A DNA stretch of 64,000 bases, taken from Anaeromyxobacteraceae bacterium. GTDB lineage: Bacteria > Myxococcota > Myxococcia > Myxococcales > Anaeromyxobacteraceae. Within the stretch, counting starts at the first letter, position 1; each line of letters starts with the position of its first letter. A model generated the notes under the pieces. It saw nothing but the letters and a program-made list of their open reading frames with translations. It was not told where the DNA came from and searched no databases. This document shows, piece after piece, positions 55,147 to 64,000 of the stretch. The DNA lies in contig JAULAX010000005.1 in the NCBI GenBank assembly GCA_032654565.1, forward strand, positions 160,001 to 224,000. The letters run 5' to 3'. The position numbers were made by a program, and so were the translations under genes.

Positions 55147-55914
55147 CTACTCCGTGCCGGGCTCGGGGCAAGGATCCGGGCGGGTCGGGAGGCCCAGGTC
55201 GCCGGCCACCGCCTGCAGCACCGCCAGGCCGGCGATGGCGGCGGTCTCGGCCCGCAGCGTGCGCGGGCCGAGCGACCCGCGGACCGCGCCGGCCGCCTGG
55301 CAGGCCGCAAGTTCACCTTCCGTCAAGCCGCCCTCCGGCCCCACCACCAGCGCCACCCCGGGCGCCCCCTCCAGCCCGAGCGCGGCCAGCGGGGCGCCGC
55401 CCGCCCCGTGCAGCACCAGCAGGCGGTGGCCCGCGGGCAGGCCGGCCAGCGCGCCGGGCAGGTCGGTGGGGTCCTCCACCACCGGCACCTCGGCCCGGCC
55501 GCACTGGCGCGCCGCCTCCTCGGCGATGCGCCGCCAGCGCTCGGCCCGCTCCCGCCCCTTTCCGGCGTCGAGCTTCAGCACCGACCGCTCCGCGGCCCAG
55601 GGGACCAGCCGGGCCACCCCCAGCTCGGTGGCCTTCTGCACCACCAGCTCCGCCTTCTCCCCCTTGGCGAGGGCGAAGAGCAGCGAGATCTCCGGCCCGC
55701 CGGCGGACCTCTCCCGCCTGGCCCCCACCGCCAGCGCCGCGAAGCCCGGCTCGATGGTCGCCGCCCAGGCCCCGCCCCGCCCGTCGAAGAGCTCCACCTC
55801 CGCCCCCGGGGAGAGGCGCAGCACGTCGCGCAGGTAGTGGCGGGCCTCGTCGGTCAGCTCGGCGCGGCCGGGCCCGATCCGCTCCGGCGGCAGGTGGACC
55901 CGCCGGGTGATCAC
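55147..55914 (-). CDS. rsmE: 16S rRNA m3U1498 methyltransferase
   Basis: HYLRDVLRL, QKATELGV, EAARQCGR, VGPEGG, SLGPRTLRAETA. Confidence 0.93.
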   Translation of the reverse strand: MITRRVHLPPERIGPGRAELTDEARHYLRDVLRLSPGAEVELFDGRGGAWAATIEPGFAALAVGARRERSAGGPEISLLFALAKGEKAELVVQKATELGVARLVPWAAERSVLKLDAGKGRERAERWRRIAEEAARQCGRAEVPVVEDPTDLPGALAGLPAGHRLLVLHGAGGAPLAALGLEGAPGVALVVGPEGGLTEGELAACQAAGAVRGSLGPRTLRAETAAIAGLAVLQAVAGDLGLPTRPDPCPEPGTE

Positions 55915-56780
55915 GCGGGGTGCCCCGGCGTCGGCCGCTCCATGGCCAGCAGCGACCACTCGCCGTCGCGGCGATCGCCACCCGGCAGCGGGCGCAGGCC
56001 GGCGGCGGCGTAGGCGCCCCGCACCTCCTCCTCCTGCGGCGTGAGGATGCCGGAGAGCAGCACCACGCCCCCGGGGGCCAGCTGGGCGGCGATGGCCGGC
56101 GCCAGCTCGCAGAGGGTGTTGGCGAGGATGTTGGCGAGGATCAGGTCGAAGGGCCCGGGCTGGTCGGGCACGTCGCGCAGGTCGAAGCGGACCTCCACCC
56201 GGTTGAGCGCGGCGTTCTCCAGCGCCACCCGGACCGCGATGGGGTCGTTGTCGTTCCCGATCACCACCAGCGCCCCCAGCTTGCGGGCGGCGATGGCCAG
56301 CAGCCCCGAGCCGGTGCCGACGTCGAGGACCCGGGCCCGCGGCGAGGCCGCCAGCCGCTCCGACATGGCGGCCAGGCAGAGCGAGGTGGTGGGGTGGGTG
56401 CCGGTGCCGAAGGCCATGCCCGGGTCGAGCGTCACCTCCACCAGGCCCGGGGGCGTGGCGGCGGGGATCCAGCTCGGCCGCACGAAGACCCGGCCGATGG
56501 TGAGCGGCGCCAGCCCCTCCTTCCAGCGCTCGCCCCAGTCCTGGTCGAGCAGCTCCTCGAGCCGGCCGCCGTGCTCCCCGGCCGCCGCCGCGGCGTCGCC
56601 GCGCCCGGCGAAGTAGGCGACCACCAGCGCCCGCCCGGCCGCCGGCTGGACCACGCCGGGCATGGGGATCCCGTCGCCGTCGCGCACCTCGACGCCGCCG
56701 GCCCCGGCCTCCATGAGGGCCACCGAGAGGTCCTCGGCCTCCCCCCGCTCCACGTCGACGGTCACCGACCAGCTCGCCAC
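55911..56780 (-). CDS. prmA: Ribosomal protein L11 methyltransferase
   Basis: LDPGMAFGTGTHPTT, VLDVGTGSGLLAI, ANILA, LSGIL. Confidence 0.93.
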   Translation of the reverse strand: MASWSVTVDVERGEAEDLSVALMEAGAGGVEVRDGDGIPMPGVVQPAAGRALVVAYFAGRGDAAAAAGEHGGRLEELLDQDWGERWKEGLAPLTIGRVFVRPSWIPAATPPGLVEVTLDPGMAFGTGTHPTTSLCLAAMSERLAASPRARVLDVGTGSGLLAIAARKLGALVVIGNDNDPIAVRVALENAALNRVEVRFDLRDVPDQPGPFDLILANILANTLCELAPAIAAQLAPGGVVLLSGILTPQEEEVRGAYAAAGLRPLPGGDRRDGEWSLLAMERPTPGHPA

Positions 56781-56921
56781 CTGTGCCTCCTCCCGACGGG
56801 TCCACGGCCTGCCTACCCCGTCCCGCCCCGCTGATCCAGCGCGTCGGCCCCCGGGGTGCGCCGATATCGCACGGTGCGAAGACTGAACCGGCACGCGGTT
56901 TGGCGCTAGCATGGTCGCCTC

Positions 56922-59453
56922 ATGAGCTGGAACGTGCTGCTGATCGAGGCCGACGCCGCCGTCGCCGAGGAGATCCGCGCCGCCTTCGGGCCGGCCGGCT
57001 TCGTGGTCGCGGCCATCGAGGCCGGCGAGGGGGCCCTGGACCGGACCCGGGCGGCGGCCCCCGACCTGATCCTGCTCTCCGCCGAGCTGCCGGACATGAG
57101 CGGCTTCTCGGTCTGCAACCGGCTGAAGCGGGCGCTGCCGGCCACGCCGCTGGTCCTCTACACCCGCGAGGCGACCGACGGGGCCATCGAGGCCCACCGC
57201 GCCTCCAAGGGGAAGGCCGACGCCTACCTGCGCGCCCCGCTCGACATGGCCGACCTGCTCGGCCACGCCGCGCAGCTGCTCCACGCCGAGGCCGCCGCGC
57301 CGGCCCGTGCGACCGGCCCGGCCACCGCGCCGCCGCTCCCCCGTGCCCCCGCGGCCCCTGCTGCCCCCACCGCCCCTGCAGCCCCGGTGGTCCCCCGGGT
57401 CGGCCCCGCCGCCGCGCCCGCGCCCCCATCCGCCTCGTCGCCGCCCGCCGCCGCTCGCCCGCCCCCGCCGGCCGCTCCACCCGGCGCGCCGTCGCGCCCC
57501 TCGGCCCCGCCGCCCCGCCCCACCGTGGCCCTCCCGGCCCAGCCGGCGCCGCCGGCCCGCCTCAAGACCGCCGGCCCGCGCGCCGACCAGCTGCTGGCCG
57601 AGTGGCCGCGAGATCCGGCGCCGCCCAAGGGGACGCCGGAGGAGAAGCTCGAGTACTTCCGCGAGCGGCTCCGCGTCCGCGACGGCTACATGCCGCGGCT
57701 GCGCGAGGCCATCGGGGAGCTGAAGACCGAGGCGGCGCAGCTGATCGGCGACGGCGAGGAGCTGCGGTCGACGCTGGCCGCCACCCGGAGCCAGCTGGCC
57801 ACGCTGGAGGCCCGGCTGGCCGAGGCGGGCCAGGAGCTGGCGGCCGCGGCGGCGCAGCGGGCCGAGCTGGAGCGGCGGATCGCGGAGGTGGACGGCACGC
57901 GGCAGTCGCTGTCGGAGGTGCTCTCCGAGTCGATGCAGGAGCACGAGAAGGCCGAGCAGCAGTGGTCGGCCCGGGTGGCGGCCGCCGACGCGGCCCGCGC
58001 CGAGGTGGAGCGGGCCCTGGCCGAGGCCCAGGAGAGCCACGTCAAGGAGCTGCAGGCCATCGCCGCCGACCGGGCCGACGAGCGGGCCGCCTCCGAGGAG
58101 GCGCGGGTGCGCGCCGAGACCGAGCACGCCGCCTCGCTGGCGCAGCTCGACGCCGAGCGGCACGCCGACCGGGAGGCGGCGCGGACCGCGGCCGAGGCGG
58201 CCTCGGCCCAGCTGGTGGAGCTGGCGGCCGAGCGCGACGACCTGGAGCACAACTTCTCCACCACCGCGGCGAAGCTGGCCGACGTGGAGGAGGCGGCCGA
58301 GGCGGCGGCGCGGCTGGCCGCCGAGACCCAGGCCCTGCTCGAGGCCCGGCTCACCGAGACCGAGGGGCGGGCCCAGCTCAGCGCCGGCGAGCTGGCCGAG
58401 GCCACGGCGCTCTCCGAGGACCTGGACAAGCAGCTCACCCAGCTGGAGGCCACCCGCGCCGAGCAGGAGGCGGCGCTGGCGCAGGCCCGCGCCGAGCTCG
58501 ACGCCGCGCTGCTGCGCGCCGGCGACGCCGAGCAGTCGCTGGCGGCGCGCCAGGCGGAGCTGGCGGCGGAGCGGGCCCGGGTGGCCGAGCAGGCCGGCGC
58601 CCTCGAGGCCGGCCGCTCCACGGCGCAGGGGGTCCGCGGCGAGCTGGCCCGCGCCGAGGCCGGACGGGCCGAGGCCAGCCACCGGGCCGCCGAGGCCGAG
58701 GCCGAGGTGCAGCGGCTGGCCGCCGAGCTGGAGGCGACCCGGGCCCGAGACGCCGAGGCCCGCGAGCGGGTGGCCCGGCTGGAGCTGGAGGTGGCCCGCC
58801 TGGCCCCGCTGGAGCCGGTGGCCGCCGAGGTGGTCCGGCTGCGCAAGGAGCTGCCGGCCCTGAAGGAGCTGGTGCAGCAGCGCACCCAGGCGGCCGAGGC
58901 CTCGTCGCGCGCCGCGCAGACGGCGGCCAGCGAGCGGGCCCGGCTGGCGGAGCGGCTCTCCATCGACACCAGCCAGCTGCAGGCCGACCTGCACCGGGTG
59001 GAGGGGGAGCTGGCCCAGGCGCGGCGCAAGCAGGCCGACGCCGAGCAGGCGGCGGCCCAGGCCCAGGCCGACCTGCTGCGCGAGCGGCAGGGGGCGGAGC
59101 AGGCGCGCGGCACCTTCCGCGAGGGGGCCACCCAGGCCGAGGCGCGCCACGCCGCCGACCTGCAGCGGGTCAAGGCCACCGCGGCCGAGCTGGAGCGCCA
59201 CCTGGAGGGGCGCGCCAAGATCGAGCAGCAGCTGAAGCGGCGCATCGGCGAGCTGGAGGCGGCGGCCCGGATGACGGCGGCGGCGCCGCCCCCCGAGGCC
59301 GACGGCGCGGCGCTGGCCGCGCTGCGGGCGCGCATCGACGAGCTGGAGGTGGACCTCTCCGACCTGCGCGACGAGAACGACTTCCTCAACGGCGAGGTGG
59401 CCCGCTACACGCAGAAGAACATCGACCTGGCCGCCAAGCTGGGGAAGAAGTAG
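56922..59453 (+). CDS. Pseudo-receiver domain + Pro-rich linker + long coiled coil (AglZ/FrzS-like architecture)
   Basis: Receiver fold with PDLILLSAELPDMSG, then ~600 aa of heptad-rich Ala/Glu sequence. Confidence 0.75.
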   Translation: MSWNVLLIEADAAVAEEIRAAFGPAGFVVAAIEAGEGALDRTRAAAPDLILLSAELPDMSGFSVCNRLKRALPATPLVLYTREATDGAIEAHRASKGKADAYLRAPLDMADLLGHAAQLLHAEAAAPARATGPATAPPLPRAPAAPAAPTAPAAPVVPRVGPAAAPAPPSASSPPAAARPPPPAAPPGAPSRPSAPPPRPTVALPAQPAPPARLKTAGPRADQLLAEWPRDPAPPKGTPEEKLEYFRERLRVRDGYMPRLREAIGELKTEAAQLIGDGEELRSTLAATRSQLATLEARLAEAGQELAAAAAQRAELERRIAEVDGTRQSLSEVLSESMQEHEKAEQQWSARVAAADAARAEVERALAEAQESHVKELQAIAADRADERAASEEARVRAETEHAASLAQLDAERHADREAARTAAEAASAQLVELAAERDDLEHNFSTTAAKLADVEEAAEAAARLAAETQALLEARLTETEGRAQLSAGELAEATALSEDLDKQLTQLEATRAEQEAALAQARAELDAALLRAGDAEQSLAARQAELAAERARVAEQAGALEAGRSTAQGVRGELARAEAGRAEASHRAAEAEAEVQRLAAELEATRARDAEARERVARLELEVARLAPLEPVAAEVVRLRKELPALKELVQQRTQAAEASSRAAQTAASERARLAERLSIDTSQLQADLHRVEGELAQARRKQADAEQAAAQAQADLLRERQGAEQARGTFREGATQAEARHAADLQRVKATAAELERHLEGRAKIEQQLKRRIGELEAAARMTAAAPPPEADGAALAALRARIDELEVDLSDLRDENDFLNGEVARYTQKNIDLAAKLGKK

Positions 59454-59498
59454 CCGCGACGCGGTGGCGGCAGGGCTCGGGCCAGGCGAGCGGCGCCT

Positions 59499-60332
59499 TC
59501 AGGCGACCGCGGCCGCCAGCGTCTTGCGGTAGCGGTTGAGGTCGCGCACCGTCTCCAGCGGCTCACCGAAGAGGATGGAGAGGTTGCGCAGGATGGCCCC
59601 CACCACCCGCTGCTCGCAGGCGGCGTCGAAGCGGAGCTGGGTGTCGAGCCAGCGCTCCAGCCAGCCGGGGTCGGGCAGCCGGCTCTGGATGGTGTCGTCG
59701 GGGAAGAGCGCCCTGGCCACGTGCAGGTTGGTGGGGTGGAGCGGCTTGCCGCTGCGGCCGCTGGCCGCCATCAGGAAGCCCATCTTGGCGAAGGCGCGGC
59801 GGGCCTCGGCGGGGGTGCGCGCCAGGGCCCGCTGCATGTACTTCAGGTAGGCGCCGCCGTGCCGCGCCTCGTCCCTGGAGATGAGGTCGTAGAGGTGGCG
59901 GATGACCGGCTCGGTGTGCCACTCGGCGGCGCGCCGGTACCACTGGGTGAGCCGCACCTCGCCGCAGAAGTGGAGCATCAGCGTCTCCAGCGGCGGGGCC
60001 GGGTCGGCCGGGAAGCGGACGGCGTGCAGCTCGGCCTCGGTGGGCAGCAGCGCCGGCCGGAAGCGGCGCAGGTACTCCATGAGGGCCAGCGAGTGCTTCT
60101 GCTCCTCGTAGAACCAGACCGAGATGAAGGCGGAGAAGTCGCTGTCGTCCTGGTTGTCGCGCAGGAACATCTCGGTGGCCGGCAGCGCCGCCCACTCGGT
60201 GATGGCGTTCATGCGCACGGTCATGGCCTGCTCGTCGGTGAGCAGGTCCCCGTCGAAGCGGTCCCACGGCACGTCGGCGGCGAGGCTCCAGCGGGCGGCC
60301 TCCAGCGATGCGAAGAGCTCGGGGTACAGCAC
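59499..60332 (-). CDS. Ferritin-like di-iron protein (acyl-ACP desaturase-like)
   Basis: Two ExxH motifs (EEQKH, DEARH) plus ITEW and CGE ligand helices. Confidence 0.75.
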   Translation of the reverse strand: MLYPELFASLEAARWSLAADVPWDRFDGDLLTDEQAMTVRMNAITEWAALPATEMFLRDNQDDSDFSAFISVWFYEEQKHSLALMEYLRRFRPALLPTEAELHAVRFPADPAPPLETLMLHFCGEVRLTQWYRRAAEWHTEPVIRHLYDLISRDEARHGGAYLKYMQRALARTPAEARRAFAKMGFLMAASGRSGKPLHPTNLHVARALFPDDTIQSRLPDPGWLERWLDTQLRFDAACEQRVVGAILRNLSILFGEPLETVRDLNRYRKTLAAAVA

Positions 60333-60559
60333 GCGGCACCTCCTGCGGTGGGTGAGGAGGTGCTCTTGCCGCCGCCGTGTCTCCGGCGTGTCACGGCGGG
60401 CGGGCCCCGGCGTCCGGGGCGACCGTCGGGGACGGATTCATTCACCCGTGATCACCGGCCCTTGGAATCTTTCACGCCGGCGGCAGGAATCCGCCGCAGC
60501 GCGATGCGTTAACCCACCCGCCGCCCGCCCGGGACGGCGTCCGTCCCAACCCCTGCGCT

Positions 60560-60826
60560 GCCGACATCCTCTCCATGTTCGTGGTCATCGAGCTGCTCAA
60601 GAGCATCGTCGAGTACGTGGAGGTGCACCGGCTCAAGATCACCTTCATCCTCGACGCCGCGGTGGTCTTCCTGCTGCGCGAGGTGATGATCGGGCTCTAC
60701 GGGAAGACGCTCGACGGCCCCATGCTGGCCGCCATCGCCTTCCTGCTGCTGGTGCTCGGCGCCTTCCGCGTCGGCGCCGTCCGCTTCCCGCTGGAGGTGG
60801 GCCGTGGCGACCGGCCGGTGGCGTGA
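60560..60826 (+). pseudogene. 5'-truncated PsiE-family membrane protein
   Basis: ADILSMFVVIELLKSIVEY...FILDAAVVFLLREV matches the second half of PsiE-like proteins; no N-terminal helix and no clear RBS. Confidence 0.5.
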
Positions 60827-60971
60827 GCTGCGGGGCCGGGCGGCGGCGCTGGTGGAGCGGCCCGGGGTGCGGCGATGGCGCGCCTGGCTGCTGCGGCGGC
60901 GCAAGGTCCTGCTCGGGGGGGCCCTGGCCTGCGGCATCCTCGCCATGGTGATTCACTGGTCGTGAATCGGG

Positions 60972-61103
60972 CGGGCGGGAGCCGGGCGGGGCCGATCGGC
61001 GAGCGAGAGGCGCAGCGAGGGGGAGTGGGAGCGGGCGGGGCGGGAGGCGGGCGGGGCCGACGAGCGAGCGAGAGGCGCAGCGAGGGAGAGTGGGAACGGG
61101 CGG
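60972..61103. repeat. Two-copy ~65-bp tandem repeat, purine-rich
   Basis: gcgagcgagaggcgcagcgagggRgagtgggaRcgggcgg at 60999 and 61064. Confidence 0.8.
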
Positions 61104-61372
61104 TCCTGGGGGGGCGGCTGCTGCGAACGGTCACCCGGAGCCGCTCGGCGGAGGGCGAGCTTGGACGCGAGGAGATCCACGAGTCGTTGCGGCGCCGGCG
61201 CTCGCACCTCCCTGGTCTCCGCTTTCACTCGTGGTGCGGTTCAGTCAACTGAACTCGGATTGACCCACCCCGCTCGGGCCCTCCTTCGCGCCCCGCCCCA
61301 CTCAGCTCTGCCCCGCGATCACCGTCGCAGAGCAGTTCGCATTCGAAGGCGCGCCATTCAGTCTCACCCGAA

Positions 61373-61398
61373 CGCAACTTCTGACGTCAGAAGTTGCG
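61373..61398. repeat. Perfect 26-bp palindrome
   Basis: cgcaacttctgac|gtcagaagttgcg. Confidence 0.9.
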
Positions 61399-61602
61399 AA
61401 AGAGGGACCTCCCTCGGAGCCAGACGCATCCGCCCACCTGGACCCCGGAGCTCACTGCAGGCGCCGCCTCTCCACCTTCCAGTCACCTTCGCCGCGCTGG
61501 CCGGGCTGCTGGCGGCGCTGGCCTTCCCGGTGGCGCGCCGCCGGTGAGGTACCATCGTGGCCACCGCCGCGCCCCGGGGCGTGGCCCAGGGAGGGGAACA
61601 CC

Positions 61603-62244
61603 ATGGAGACCGCCACCCCGCTCAGGCTGGCCCTGCTGGCCGCGCTGCTCCTCTCCCCGGTCGCGGTCCAGGCCGGGGAGCCGCCGGCCGCCGAGCCGCC
61701 CCGGTTCGCCGAGCCGCCCGCCGCCGACCTCGACGCCGAGCTCCCCTGGAGCTTCTCGCTGGGGACCGGAGCCGGCGGCTTCGTCGAGTTCGTCAACGCC
61801 TTCTCCAACGGCGGCCCGGTCGGCTACACCAGCTCGCGCCGGACCGCCCGCTTCCAGCTCAACGCGCGGGCCGACCGGGAGCTCAACCGCTGGTTCCGCG
61901 CCGGCGTGGCCTGGACCTACAACAGCTGGACCGAGCGCTACGCCTCGGCCGGCGTCGAGGTCGGGAGCATCGACAACTCGGTCCACGCCCTGATGGCCGA
62001 CGTCACGCTCCGCTACCTGCGGACCGGGCCGCTGGAGGTCTACAGCGGGCTGGCCGCCGGGGCCGGCCGGTGGAAGCAGTCGGGCGCGGGCATCGGGGCG
62101 GGGCAGAGCGGGGTCCAGTCCGGGCTGGCCTTCCAGCTCCGCTACGTGGGGGCCTCGCTGGGGACCGAGCGGCTGCGCGCCTTCCTCGACCTCGGGGTCG
62201 GCTTCGAGGGACTGCTGGTGGGCGGCCTGACGCTGCGCTTCTAG
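61603..62244 (+). CDS. Small outer-membrane beta-barrel protein
   Basis: Signal peptide, alternating beta-strands, terminal GGLTLRF; GGAGG RBS. Confidence 0.7.
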   Translation: METATPLRLALLAALLLSPVAVQAGEPPAAEPPRFAEPPAADLDAELPWSFSLGTGAGGFVEFVNAFSNGGPVGYTSSRRTARFQLNARADRELNRWFRAGVAWTYNSWTERYASAGVEVGSIDNSVHALMADVTLRYLRTGPLEVYSGLAAGAGRWKQSGAGIGAGQSGVQSGLAFQLRYVGASLGTERLRAFLDLGVGFEGLLVGGLTLRF

Positions 62245-62255
62245 CGCCGGGCCGG

Positions 62256-63563
62256 TCAGGCCACGGCGCGGCGCCGCGACAGCGCCCAGGCCAGCACGCC
62301 CACCACCGCCACGCCGGCCACCCAGAGCAGGGTGCGCGGCTGGTCGCCGAACCCCTTCCAGAACATCCAGGCCGACGAGACCACGTAGATGACCGCGGCC
62401 ACCACGGCGCGCTTCGACGGCGTCGGCTGCATGCCGCGCACCCGCGCCACCACCAGGCCGAGCGCCACCAGCGCCGCGAACAGCACCAGGATGGCCCCCA
62501 CCTGCCCCAGCGTCTCGCGCAGCCCCTGGGTGAAGATGATCACCAGCGTCAGCCCGCCCTGCACCAGGATGGCGGCGCGGGGCGGGTGCCCCTCCGGGCT
62601 GGCGCGCAGGAAGGCCGGCAGGAAGCCGTCGGCGGCCATGGCCGCGTAGACGCGCGGCCCGAGGAAGATCATGGCGCTCATCGCCGAGAGGAAGACCAGC
62701 ACGGTGGCCGCCGACCAGGCGGCGCCGGCGGTGGGCCCGAGCAGCCGGTCCATGACCGCGTGGCCCAGCGTGCCGTTGTCGCCGGTGACGGTGAAGAAGG
62801 CGGTGGCCGGGTCGAGGTTGGCCACGAAGATCCAGTTGACCAGCAGGTAGAGCGCGGCCACCAGCAGGGTGCCGATGATCATGGCCCGCGGCACGGTGCG
62901 GGCCGGGTCCTCGAACTCCTCGGCGGCGTAGATGGCGGCGTTCCAGCCGGAGAAGGCCAGCGCGATGTAGAAGAGCGAGCTGGCGAACGGGCCGAAGGGG
63001 AAGCCGGGCTGGGCGTTGGGCGGCGTCCAGGTGGGCCAGCCGCGGGCCCCGAGGAAGAGGCCGACGCCGACGAAGCCGACCAGCAGCGTCGCCTTCACCG
63101 CGATGAGCACGTTCTGGGTGCGGGCGCTGGCGCGGAAGCCGACGGCGTGGAAGCCGGTGAGCAGCACCACGAACCCGGCGCCGAGCCAGGTGGGGTTGAG
63201 GCCGGGGAAGATGGTGCTGGCGAAGGCCCCGGCGGCCAGGGCGTCCATGGCCACCGGCGCCGAGAAGCCGACCAGCAGCGAGGCCCAGCCGCCCAGGTAG
63301 CCGACCGCCGGGTGGAGCAGCTCGGAGAGGTAGCGGTACTCGCCGCCGGAGCGCGGCACCAGCCGGGCCACGGCGCCGTAGGCCACCGCCCCGCAGAGCG
63401 CCAGCACCGCCCCGGCCACCCAGGCCAGCAGGATGTGACCGGGGCCCATGTCCTGGGCCATGAAGCCGGCGGAGAGGAACACGCCGGCGCCGATCATGTT
63501 GGCGGCGACCATGCCGACACCGGAGGCGAGGTGGAGCTTGGGGAGGGTGGAGGCAGTACGCAC
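62256..63563 (-). CDS. APC-family amino acid permease (start uncertain)
   Basis: ANMIGAGVF, PRSGGEY, AFSGWN..IY.AEE..DP.R.VPRA, PRVYAAMAADG. Confidence 0.88.
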   Translation of the reverse strand: MRTASTLPKLHLASGVGMVAANMIGAGVFLSAGFMAQDMGPGHILLAWVAGAVLALCGAVAYGAVARLVPRSGGEYRYLSELLHPAVGYLGGWASLLVGFSAPVAMDALAAGAFASTIFPGLNPTWLGAGFVVLLTGFHAVGFRASARTQNVLIAVKATLLVGFVGVGLFLGARGWPTWTPPNAQPGFPFGPFASSLFYIALAFSGWNAAIYAAEEFEDPARTVPRAMIIGTLLVAALYLLVNWIFVANLDPATAFFTVTGDNGTLGHAVMDRLLGPTAGAAWSAATVLVFLSAMSAMIFLGPRVYAAMAADGFLPAFLRASPEGHPPRAAILVQGGLTLVIIFTQGLRETLGQVGAILVLFAALVALGLVVARVRGMQPTPSKRAVVAAVIYVVSSAWMFWKGFGDQPRTLLWVAGVAVVGVLAWALSRRRAVA

Positions 63564-63585
63564 CGCGGCATGGTACATGAGCCAC

Positions 63586-64000
63586 ATGACCGCCGCGCTC
63601 TCCAATTTGGTCGTCCTGGTCCTCGTCGCCGCCGCGCCCGAGGCCTCCACCGTCACCGCCGCCGCCGCGCCCGCCGTGCCGGTGACCCACGCCATGCTCC
63701 CCCCCGCCGCCCCGGCCGACTTCATCGCCGAGGCCCGGGCGCTGATGCGCACCGTCACCTGCCAGGGCGACGAGCCCCTCCCCCACGCCTTCGACGCCGA
63801 GACCGTGGCCGGCTACTGCAAGGCCCAGTCGAAGGCCATCGCCGCCTACCGCGACCGCTACCTGCCGCTGGCGGCCCCCTTCCTGGCCCGGCTGCGCCCG
63901 GCCGGCACGCCCGCCACGGTGGTCTACCCGTTCGGCGGCGGCGACCTGGTCTCGGCGCTCACCACCTACCCCGAGGCCACCGACCTCACCACCCTGTCGC
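63586..64000 (+). CDS. Exported hypothetical protein, runs off the window edge
   Basis: Open frame MTAALSNLVVLVLVAAAP...VVYPFGGGDLVSALTTYP with typical codon usage. Confidence 0.6.
   Translation, partial: MTAALSNLVVLVLVAAAPEASTVTAAAAPAVPVTHAMLPPAAPADFIAEARALMRTVTCQGDEPLPHAFDAETVAGYCKAQSKAIAAYRDRYLPLAAPFLARLRPAGTPATVVYPFGGGDLVSALTTYPEATDLTTLS

Overview
High-GC window that looks like an Anaeromyxobacter-type myxobacterium (inferred from a MYXO-CTERM-like tail, an AglZ/FrzS-like protein and the codon style). The left arm holds bcp (partial), the rpsB leader, rpsB and tsf. It continues with a decayed DUF4160/DUF2442 module bracketed by a degenerate copy of the tsf 3' end, MntA/HepT, surface proteins, a frameshifted TonB-dependent transporter opposite tonB-exbB-exbD-exbD, RNA-modification genes, and methylmalonyl-CoA mutase/biotin carboxylase genes. 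The centre (~21.5-46.4 kb) is a complete beta-1,3-glucan utilisation locus: GH1, a clan-A GH fused to a probable outer-membrane beta-barrel, three GH17, GH16, a GH149 phosphorylase, two glycan-binding-like lipoproteins, an Opp-type ABC importer and a ROK repressor with three matching operator/promoter sites. There is no SusC/SusD. A ParE-type TA pair and a ~1 kb hierarchical non-coding repeat array lie inside this locus. The right arm holds plsC, a cold-shock gene, FKBP, pccB, a HEAT protein, RDD, rsmE, prmA, a pseudo-receiver coiled-coil protein, a ferritin-like protein, a perfect 26-bp palindrome, an OMP and an APC permease. All family calls come from motifs read by eye, not from database searches.
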